A DNA stretch of 24,000 nucleotides from Ignavibacteria bacterium (GTDB lineage Bacteria > Bacteroidota > Ignavibacteria > Tepidaquicellales > Tepidaquicellaceae): NCBI GenBank assembly GCA_016704345.1, contig JADJAH010000037.1, forward strand, positions 116,417-140,416, written 5' to 3'. The notes beneath the pieces are model-generated. The model saw only the letters and a list, made by a program, of their open reading frames with translations. It did no database searches and was not told the origin of the DNA. The position numbers were made by a program, and so were the translations under genes. Positions 7,499 to 15,900 of this stretch are shown piece by piece. Numbering within the stretch: the first letter of the stretch is position 1; every line of letters begins with the position of its first letter.

Positions 7499-8473
7499 AT
7501 GAAACAGAACATTTTAACATCCGTGAAAGGCTTCCTTCATAATACAATTGATTATGCGGGGTTATTCCCGCCGGCTTCTCTAAATCTTGAAGATTCCTTT
7601 GACAACTTTGTTGAATATTCAAATGGCTCTTACAATTGGATGCTTTCTAAATTCATATGCCCATTCAGAAAGACCAAAGACCTTTCTTTGCTGCCCGGAT
7701 TCAAGTCTTCAACACAGAAAATACGATTGTCACTCCTCTCTGCTTCGTCTCTGAAGACAGATGAATTTCTGCTATTATTCAAAGATGACATTTTAAGTTA
7801 TAGAAAATTGCCTGATGAGTTTCATGACAAATCTATTTTTGAAACAATTGAATTAAAATTTCCGCTTGAACTTGTAGAAAGGAATTCGAAAGACAGTATC
7901 AGAATTTTTCTTGACAGCTTGTCTGAAATAGTTAAGGAACATTTTGATCACCGAATTTTCATATTTTGTGAATTACCACTGATTGGAGATTTCGATCATA
8001 ATCTGAAGAACACCGTTAAGGAAATTTGCGAGCACAATGAGGCTTTCAACGATGCCGGCTTTAAGCTTAGAACAGGAGGCACTGATCCTTCTGATATTCC
8101 TTCACCGGACATATTGGTTTCCTCGATCAGGCAATGTCTTGTTCACAATGTTACATTAAAATTCACAGCGGGTATGCATCATCCCATAAGACATCTGGAT
8201 AAAGGTATGAATGCAAAGATGCATGGATTTGTAAATGTCTTCGGAGCTGGCATACTGGCATTTCGTCATACAATTTCGGATCGCGAACTCAGGGAAATGA
8301 TCAGCGATGAAGATCCTGCCAATTTCAAATTCAGTTATGATGCTTTTGAATGGAGAGAATGGAAGAGCGATACAGAAGAAATTCACGGCGCGAGAAACGG
8401 TTTGGTTCTGTCTTTCGGAAGTTGTAGTTTTGATGAGCCTGTTGAAGATCTTAAAAAACTTCATCTTATTTAA
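7499..8473 (+). CDS. Conserved hypothetical protein (possible TIM-barrel or metal-dependent enzyme), function unknown
   Basis: The ORF track starts at TTG 7424. I prefer ATG 7499 (MKQNILTSVKGFLHNTIDYAGLFPPA...), giving 324 aa. There is no signal peptide. Internal motifs are FKLRTGG, KFTAGMHHPIRH, HGFVNVFGAG and a C-terminal SFGSCSFDEPVEDL. I could not assign a family with confidence. Confidence 0.7.
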   Translation: MKQNILTSVKGFLHNTIDYAGLFPPASLNLEDSFDNFVEYSNGSYNWMLSKFICPFRKTKDLSLLPGFKSSTQKIRLSLLSASSLKTDEFLLLFKDDILSYRKLPDEFHDKSIFETIELKFPLELVERNSKDSIRIFLDSLSEIVKEHFDHRIFIFCELPLIGDFDHNLKNTVKEICEHNEAFNDAGFKLRTGGTDPSDIPSPDILVSSIRQCLVHNVTLKFTAGMHHPIRHLDKGMNAKMHGFVNVFGAGILAFRHTISDRELREMISDEDPANFKFSYDAFEWREWKSDTEEIHGARNGLVLSFGSCSFDEPVEDLKKLHLI

Positions 8474-8507
8474 AAGTAATTTTCTAAGAACATTTTATAT
8501 TTTAATC

Positions 8508-9767
8508 ATGCAATCATTTCTGAAGATCAGTCCCGATTCGCATTTTCCAATTCAAAACATCCCGTTCGGAATATTCACGAAGCTTAATGACAATAAGCCA
8601 AGAGCGGCTTCGCGGATTGGAGATCATGTCATTGATCTTTCTATGCTGGAGAAAAAAGGTTATCTGAAGGAATTTATTCCCGAAGAAGCCGATGAAGTCT
8701 TTTCCGGAAAATCTCTTAACAAGTTTATGGGATTAGGAAAAAGTGTTACTTCAGATGTTCGCAAGAGGATACAGACTCTTCTGCGAGATGATTGTGATGA
8801 AATAAAGGAAAAAGAATCATTTCTAAAAAAACTCCTGATTCCTATTGAAGATTGCAGAATGCTATTGCCTGTTGAGATTGGAGACTATACAGATTTTTAT
8901 TCGTCAAAAGAACACGCAACAAATGTGGGTATAATGTTCAGAGGAAAGGAGAATGCGCTTATGCCCAACTGGCTGCATCTTCCGGTTGCATACCACGGAA
9001 GAGCAAGCTCAATAGTTGTCAGCGGAACTGATGTAACAAGGCCGAAGGGTCAGACTAAAGCAGATGATGAAGATCTTCCCAAGTTCGGACCGAGCAAGCT
9101 TTTGGATTTCGAACTTGAGATGGGATTCTTTATTGGACAAGGAAATGATTTAGGCAAAGCTGTTCCGGTGAAGAAAGCGCAGGATCATATATTTGGATTT
9201 GTGCTTGTTAACGACTGGAGTGCACGCGACATTCAAAAATGGGAATATGTGCCTCTTGGTCCGTTCCTTGCAAAAAATTTTGCTACATCAATTTCTCCCT
9301 GGATCGTTACTCTTGAAGCACTTGAGCCATTCAAAGTTGAGAGACAAAAACAAGATCCCAAACCGCTCCCCTATCTTAAGAGCTCAGGAGAATGGCATTA
9401 TGACATCAACCTTGAAGTTAGCATCCGTTGTGCAGGAACAAACGATTTTATTCCAATATCAAAATCGAATTTCAAACATCTGTATTGGGATATATGTCAG
9501 CAGTTAGCTCATCATACTGTTACGGGATGCAACCTGCGTACGGGAGATCTTTTGGCATCCGGAACAATAAGCGGTCCTTCAAGCGATTCTTTCGGCAGCC
9601 TGCTTGAACTAACATGGAAAGGAACCCAACCGCTTAATCTTGCATCCGGTGAGACGCGGAGATTTCTTGTTGATGGGGACACTTTGAAGATTACAGGTTG
9701 GTGTCAAGGCAAGAGCTATAAAATTGGATTCGGCGAAGTGACCGGAAAAATTCTTCCAACTAATTGA
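8508..9767 (+). CDS. fahA: Fumarylacetoacetase (fumarylacetoacetate hydrolase, EC 3.7.1.2), full-length type with the N-terminal FAH domain
   Basis: The ORF track starts at 8307, overlapping the previous gene. The ATG at 8508 gives 419 aa beginning MQSFLKISPDSHFPIQNIPFGIFT...PRAASRIGDHVIDLS, which is collinear with the start of animal and bacterial FAH. Other matching segments are DYTDFYSSKEHATNVG, LPVAYHGRASSIVVSGT, FELEMGFFIG, FGFVLVNDWSARDIQKWEYVPLGPF and GDLLASGTISG. Confidence 0.9.
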   Translation: MQSFLKISPDSHFPIQNIPFGIFTKLNDNKPRAASRIGDHVIDLSMLEKKGYLKEFIPEEADEVFSGKSLNKFMGLGKSVTSDVRKRIQTLLRDDCDEIKEKESFLKKLLIPIEDCRMLLPVEIGDYTDFYSSKEHATNVGIMFRGKENALMPNWLHLPVAYHGRASSIVVSGTDVTRPKGQTKADDEDLPKFGPSKLLDFELEMGFFIGQGNDLGKAVPVKKAQDHIFGFVLVNDWSARDIQKWEYVPLGPFLAKNFATSISPWIVTLEALEPFKVERQKQDPKPLPYLKSSGEWHYDINLEVSIRCAGTNDFIPISKSNFKHLYWDICQQLAHHTVTGCNLRTGDLLASGTISGPSSDSFGSLLELTWKGTQPLNLASGETRRFLVDGDTLKITGWCQGKSYKIGFGEVTGKILPTN

Positions 9768-9775
9768 TCATTAGC

Positions 9776-10651
9776 ATGAATAACAGTAATGCTTTAATAG
9801 GAATTTTTGCTGTGATGTGCTTTGTATTTTTCATATCTTGCTCAGATGAAAATCCCGCAACTAATAATCCTAACGAACCTTCAGGAAATTTCAAGTATCC
9901 GTACGAGATAAATTCATTCTGGTATTATTCGACATACAATTATGTAACTAACTACAGACCTGATAGTCTCAGAAACATTATTGCGGATGATACTATTGTC
10001 GGAAACGGAATCGCAGAATTCACAAGAGATACAGTATTCAATTCAGACACTTTACATCTTTTGAAGAATACACATTCTTCAGAAGGTCATGAGCATACAA
10101 CTCTGGAGTTGTATAAACAGAGTGATACCGGATTAGTCAGATTTGCATTTTACTCAAGCGGTACTAACTTCGGACCATTCCGAGTTTCGCAACTAAGATT
10201 TAAGATTGAGAATGACAGCAAAGAGTTTAAATCAACAACTGAACTCTTGCGCTGGTATGAAAGCTATGCCGTTGCCGATTTCCACGGTGATACAACTTTC
10301 ATTATTGATGATCCTCCAATCAACGCTATAAAATATCCGATCACAGATGGCACTGAATGGTCATATCTTGATTACGGTGCAACGAAGATAAAGAAATTGT
10401 ATTCAGGATTTGAGAACATTTCAACACAGGCAGGCTCATTCTATTGTGCAAGAATTAAGAGAAACTGGTATCTGAACTTTTCGAATGTTCCTGACAGCAA
10501 TTTTTATCTTGTGGATTATTTTTCGGAATCCGGCATGGTAAAAAGAGATTTCAGAATTAAGAATGTGCTTGTCACTACAAGCACGGGTGATCCGCTCGGA
10601 TACATTGAAGTTGTCGAAGAATCAAAACTAAATATTGTAACACTTCCCTAA
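9776..10651 (+). CDS. Hypothetical lipoprotein
   Basis: The track start at 9764 is TTG. The ATG at 9776 gives MNNSNALIGIFAVMCFVFFISCSDEN, a hydrophobic signal followed by a lipobox-like IS-C. It has aromatic-rich beta-type composition and no recognisable catalytic motif. It begins 8 bp after the FAH stop. Confidence 0.7.
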   Translation: MNNSNALIGIFAVMCFVFFISCSDENPATNNPNEPSGNFKYPYEINSFWYYSTYNYVTNYRPDSLRNIIADDTIVGNGIAEFTRDTVFNSDTLHLLKNTHSSEGHEHTTLELYKQSDTGLVRFAFYSSGTNFGPFRVSQLRFKIENDSKEFKSTTELLRWYESYAVADFHGDTTFIIDDPPINAIKYPITDGTEWSYLDYGATKIKKLYSGFENISTQAGSFYCARIKRNWYLNFSNVPDSNFYLVDYFSESGMVKRDFRIKNVLVTTSTGDPLGYIEVVEESKLNIVTLP

Positions 10652-10671
10652 AAAGAGTATTTAAAACAGAT

Positions 10672-11739
10672 ATGGATTCAGATACGCAGAAAGTAAGACT
10701 CACACAAATGGTAAAAGCCGCCGGTTGTGCCGCAAAACTTTTTCCAAACATTCTTTCAGATGCATTGCACGACATAGACTGGCTGCAAAATGAGAATGTG
10801 CTTGTTGGTTTTGAAGGCAGGGATGATGCCGGAGTGTACAAAATTTCAGACGAGCTAGCATTGATACACACAACAGATTTTTTTACGCCTGTTGTTGATG
10901 ACCCGTATATATTCGGACAGATAGCCGCAACTAACGCTTTGAGTGATGTGTATGCCATGGGCGGCACTCCGGTCAGCGCGCTAAACATAGTTGCATTTCC
11001 CCAAACGGAGGATGTCTCAATATTGAAGGAGATTCTTCGCGGAGGCGCTGACAAAACACGGGAGGCAAACACTGTTATCATTGGCGGTCATTCAATTGAT
11101 ATTCCGAATATTGCATATGGACTCGCAGTAACGGGAACAATCAATCCCAATAAAATAAAGGGCAACAATTGCGCACGGCCCGGCGATGTTCTTATTATTA
11201 CAAAAGCGCTAGGTACCGGCATTCTGAATAATGCTGTAAAGTTCGCAGCCTTAAGCAATGGCAGATTAGATGCTTTGCTGTCATCGATGCTCAGGCTCAA
11301 TATGAATGCATCTCAATGTATGCAGAAGCATAATGCAAATGCATGTACTGACATTACCGGTTTTGGTTTAGCCGGTCATGCAATGCAGCTTGCAAAAGCA
11401 AGCAGAGTTATTTTGAGTTTTCAAGCTGCCGCTATCCCCGTTCTCGACGGCGTGTTTGAAGGTATTGCTGCAAACATGCTGACGAGAGGCGACAAGTCAA
11501 ACAGAGATTACACAAAACATTCCGTGAAGACCAAAGGCATTGTTGACAAAGCAATTGATCATCTCATTTACGATCCGCAGACTTCAGGCGGATTGCTAAT
11601 CTCTGTTCCCGAAAAACATTCCCGACAGTTAATTCAAGAACTCAGAGATTCCGGAGATGAAGTATCTGCTATTGTTGGAGAAATATTACCCGCTATGAAT
11701 GAAGAGGAAATCGGCAATATCATATTCAGTTATGAATGA
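10672..11739 (+). CDS. selD: Selenide, water dikinase (selenophosphate synthetase), Cys-type
   Basis: 355 aa. The N-terminal active-site loop is LTQMVKAAGCAAKL, with Cys at the Sec/Cys position. It has the PurM-like/AIR-synthase-related fold motifs DDAGVY, TTDFFTPVVDDPYIFGQIAATNALSDVYAMGG and GGHSID. Confidence 0.92.
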   Translation: MDSDTQKVRLTQMVKAAGCAAKLFPNILSDALHDIDWLQNENVLVGFEGRDDAGVYKISDELALIHTTDFFTPVVDDPYIFGQIAATNALSDVYAMGGTPVSALNIVAFPQTEDVSILKEILRGGADKTREANTVIIGGHSIDIPNIAYGLAVTGTINPNKIKGNNCARPGDVLIITKALGTGILNNAVKFAALSNGRLDALLSSMLRLNMNASQCMQKHNANACTDITGFGLAGHAMQLAKASRVILSFQAAAIPVLDGVFEGIAANMLTRGDKSNRDYTKHSVKTKGIVDKAIDHLIYDPQTSGGLLISVPEKHSRQLIQELRDSGDEVSAIVGEILPAMNEEEIGNIIFSYE

Positions 11740-12946
11740 ATTTAAAGGAGACAAGCAGCTATTTGAATTCATAAGGTCGGCAAACATTTCACAAACACCT
11801 TCTCTTAAAGAACTCCTATCCAATTATCAATCAGATACAATTATTATCTCCGATGTTCTGTCAAAGTTGAGACAACACAATGACAGACTATTGTTGATCG
11901 ATGCACGTTCACAGGCAGAATTTGAAGATTCTGAAATTCCCGGGGCAGTAAATTTTCCGGTTCTTACAAATACTGAAAGACACAATGTCGGCTTGATATA
12001 CAAGAAATATTCACAAGCCGCAGCATTGTGGCTTGCATTGAAGTATGCGCAGCCAAAAGCCGATGATCTCAACAAAATCTTAACCGGCCACAATGCAGCT
12101 GAAAGAGAAATAGTCGTTTACTGCTGGCGCGGAGGAGGAAGAAGCGGATATCTTTCTAAAATGATCAGTGATCTCGGATATAAAGTTTCAACACTTAAGG
12201 GAGGACACAAGTCATTCAGAAGATACGTCAACGAATATTTCTCAAGGAAGAATTTTCATTCCGGCTTGATTGAGCTTACCGGAATGACCGGCAGCGGTAA
12301 AACTATGCTGCTCAAAGAGACCGGCAAATCTATTCCCATAATTGATTTGGAAAATTCAGCTCTGCACTATTCAAGTTTACTTGGAAGGATACCTTATGAC
12401 ATCAAGTCAATCCCCGAAGTTAAAAATCAGGCGGCATTTGAGAACAGGGTTTTTGCGGATGTGTGTTTGAATAGAATGGAGAAATCAGAAGAAGAAGAGA
12501 TTTATTTGATCGAAAGTGAAAGCAGGAAAGTCGGGGACTTCATAATACCTGAGATGCTATTTAATAGAATGCTGACAGCACCCGTTATCAGAGTTGACTC
12601 AGCCGTAGAGTACAGAGTGAAGCGATTAAACAGAGACTACTTCGGCGAGAATAATGAAGGCATAGAACCTATGTTGAATATTATGAAATCAAAGGAAACA
12701 TTCTTCAGACAACAATTGAGTTCATCAACTTACAAAGAGCTTATTGGAAATTTAGAAAGAGGTGAAACGGAAAAGTTCACAGAGATTATGCTGATCAAAT
12801 ATTATGATGTGAAATATAAAGACAAAGGGAAAATACCTGTCGCAGTTGTTAATGCAGATCATGCTCAAGATGCAGTGAAAGAAATATTGGAAATATATCG
12901 AAAGAACAAGCAGAGTCGGAGGAATGCATCCTCGAACTCTGCTTAG
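11732..12946 (+). CDS. selU: tRNA 2-selenouridine synthase
   Basis: It has an N-terminal rhodanese domain with the active-site loop VVYCWRGGGRSG, followed by the P-loop GMTGSGKT. This architecture is diagnostic for SelU/MnmH(YbbB). The start is ambiguous: ATG 11732 (MNEFKGD..., overlapping the selD stop by 8 nt) or ATG 11699 (track). Either start implies translational coupling with selD. Confidence 0.88.
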   Translation: MNEFKGDKQLFEFIRSANISQTPSLKELLSNYQSDTIIISDVLSKLRQHNDRLLLIDARSQAEFEDSEIPGAVNFPVLTNTERHNVGLIYKKYSQAAALWLALKYAQPKADDLNKILTGHNAAEREIVVYCWRGGGRSGYLSKMISDLGYKVSTLKGGHKSFRRYVNEYFSRKNFHSGLIELTGMTGSGKTMLLKETGKSIPIIDLENSALHYSSLLGRIPYDIKSIPEVKNQAAFENRVFADVCLNRMEKSEEEEIYLIESESRKVGDFIIPEMLFNRMLTAPVIRVDSAVEYRVKRLNRDYFGENNEGIEPMLNIMKSKETFFRQQLSSSTYKELIGNLERGETEKFTEIMLIKYYDVKYKDKGKIPVAVVNADHAQDAVKEILEIYRKNKQSRRNASSNSA

Positions 12947-12951
12947 ATAAA

Positions 12952-15900
12952 TTAGAATACAGGTTCTGTTAACGGTACAAACGATCTCACTATTAACTCT
13001 TCCTGAGTTTCAATATGGACACTAAGTGAACCCGGTGCTGGACTTGAACTTTCTTCCTTGGTCAATCTGAATAATCTCTGACCATTACCAAGACTGTCTT
13101 TCAGCCTAAGCGAAAGGAATCCCCAAGCACCCATGTTTGCCGGCTCTTCCTGAACCCACACGACTTCTTTAGCATTCTTGTATCCTTGCAAAACATTTCT
13201 CACTTTATCTGTATCGTATGGATAGTACTGCTCAAGCCTGATAATTGCTGTGTCAGAAATCTTTTTTGCTTCCCTGTATTTTGACAGGTCATAAAAAACT
13301 TTACCGCTTGTTAACAAGATCCTTTCCGTTTTCAGTTTGTCAGCATTTGCATCATCAATAATTTCCATGAAGGTCTGTTCAACAAAATCTTTCTTATAAG
13401 ATCTTGCTTCGGGAAGCCTTAGCAAACTCTTCGGAGTCATAATCACCAAAGGTCTTTTCTTGTGTTGCTTAGACTGACGTCTCAGTAAATGAAATAATTG
13501 TGCAGGTGTTGTAGGATTACAGACAATCATGTTGTCCTCAGCACAGAGCGTAAGAAATCTTTCCAGTCGTGCGCTTGAATGCTCGGGTCCCTGTCCTTCC
13601 TGTCCGTGAGGAAGCATCAAAACAATATTACATGGCAAACTCCACTTTGCATAAGAACTCGATATGAAATTATCTATGATAACCTGACCTGCGTTTGCAA
13701 AGTCGCCAAACTGCGCTTCCCATACCACCAGTGTGATAGGATCTGCTGTGGAATAGCCGTATTCAAATCCTAAGACTGCAGCTTCAGACAAAAGACTGTC
13801 AAGCGGTTCTATCCATGAAACCCCGGGAGCGATGTTATTCATTGTAATTATCTCTTGTCCCGTCTCAGCGTCAGTCAGTACAATGTGTCTTTGTGAGAAA
13901 GTACCTCGCGCACTGTCCTGTCCGCTCAGCCGGATTGGAATTCCATCCTGCATGAGACTTCCGAAAGCAAGCGCTTCACCGAATGCCCAATCTACTCCTG
14001 CATCAGTTGAAATAAAATCCTTTCTTGAATCAACGAACTTCTTGAGTTTAGGATGAAGAGTAAAATTTTCAGGAAGCGTAGTAATTGAGTTTACTATTGC
14101 ATTCAGTTTCTCTTCAGGCACATGTGTTTCTACATGAGACTCGGCAGCTTCTATCTCTTCTTCAGTAACAGCAAGCGGAATGTCGGTTTTAAATTTCTGG
14201 ACTTTTTCATGCCCTTCACTCATTTTCTCATAAATTCGAGTTTCGATTTCTTTCAATACCTCCGGAGTTACAACTTTTTCTTTCAACAACCGTTTCTCAT
14301 AGATCTCCTTTACCGAAGGATGATTCCTTATTTTTTTATACATCAGCGGCTGAGTGAATGCCGGCTCATCTGCTTCATTGTGGCCCAGCCTTCTGTATCC
14401 CCATACATCAACAACCACATCACTATTATACTTCATCCTATATTCAAAGGCGAGTTTGGTTACAAGCAAAGTTGCTTCAGGATCATCACCGTTAACATGA
14501 AAGATCGGAGCCTGTATCATCTTTGCCACATCCGAACAATACTGCGACGAGCGCGCTTCCTCAGGAGTAGTTGTGAAACCAATCTGATTATTAATTATGA
14601 TATGTATTGTTCCACCGGTTCTGTAGCCGTTGAGTTGAGAGAGATTGAGTGTCTCTGCTACAATCCCTTCACCCGCAACAGCAGCATCTCCGTGTATGAG
14701 AACAGGTATGACTCGATTCCGTGAGTTGTCATCCATCCATGTCTGCTTTGCCCTGACAATTCCTTCAACTACCGGATTTACAAATTCCAGATGGGACGGA
14801 TTTGACGCAACGGATACGATTATCTCTTTATCAGATTTTGTCTTATAATTACCTGTTGCGCCAAGATGATATTTTACATCGCCGGAACCTTGTGCAGACG
14901 CGGGATCAATATAACCTTCAAACTCAGAGAAGATGGCAGACATGGATTTTCCGATAATATTAGCAAGCACATTCAATCTTCCGCGGTGAGCCATGCCCAT
15001 AACAAGTTCATGTACAGAACTCTCCGAAGCACAGTTGAGAAGAAAATCCAGCAATGCAATTATAGTTTCAGAACCTTCAAGCGAGAATCTTTTGTGCCCC
15101 ACATATTTCTTATCAATAAACTTTTCAAAATTTTCAGCTTCCGAAAGTTTGAAGAGTATATGCTTCTTTTCTTCAACTGTGAATGAAGGCATATTCATAT
15201 TCATCTCAATTTGTCCTTCAAGCCATCTTTTCTTTTCCGGATCTTGAATATGCTTATATTCAACGCCTATCTTATCGCAATATGTTTGATAGAGAATATT
15301 CAAAATTTCACGAAGAGTCGCAGTTCTCTTACCCGCTAAGCCGTCCGTTATAAATTCTCTGTCGTAATCCCAAACTGTGAATCCGTATTTAGAAGGATCA
15401 AGCTCAGGGTGATACTGAGCTTTAGATTCCAGTGGATCCAGATTCGCAAGAAGATGCCCGCGGACCCTGAACATATTGATTAGTTGAATAGCCTTTGCCT
15501 GTTTTTCAATTTCTTCAAGATTGTCAATTTTGCCAAGATCATCTGCGTTCTTATCGAGAAACCATTTTACGGGTTTCATGGGTATCTGCAGTCCCTCGAA
15601 TATCTCTTCATAAAAATTATCATCGCCTTTGAGCAAGCCGCTCAACTTCTGTAAAAATACACCTGACTCTGCGCCCTGTATGATTCTGTGATCGTAGGTG
15701 CTTGTGATATTCATTACTTTGCTGATGCCGATCGTAGTGATGATCTCATTTGTAACTGCCTGATACTCTGCGGGATAATCTATTGCGCCTGTTGCAATAA
15801 TTGCGCCTTGCCCAAGCATCAGCCTCGGTGTTGATGCTACCGTGCCAAGCGTTCCGGGATTGGTAAGAGAAATTGTAGTTCCCTGAAAATCACTGACCTC

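Noticed and set aside
8307-8507. A 67-codon N-terminal extension of the FAH ORF as given in the track, overlapping the 3' end of the previous gene.
   Set aside because: FAH homology begins exactly at the ATG at 8508 (MQSFLKISPDSHFPIQNIPFGIF). The extension is hydrophobic, reads like noise, and overlaps a real coding frame.
10575-11081. A 168-aa minus-strand ORF overlapping selD, and a 70-aa ORF at 11088-11300.
   Set aside because: They are antisense shadows of selD, whose plus frame has the diagnostic active-site and PurM-like motifs.
12940-12960. I looked for a bidirectional terminator in the 5-bp gap between the convergent selU and the OdhA-like gene, and likewise at 17381-17396 between the OMP-like gene and paaD.
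   Set aside because: I could find no convincing GC-rich hairpin or T-tract. Termination may occur inside the opposing gene or be factor-dependent.
14122-14724. A 200-aa plus-strand ORF, with others at 13579-13773, 13832-14056, 14645-15247 and 15965-16489, antisense to the OdhA-like gene.
   Set aside because: The minus-strand frame carries unambiguous E1o and E2 motifs along its whole length. The plus-strand translations are low-complexity (F/L/S/R/C-rich) with no motifs.
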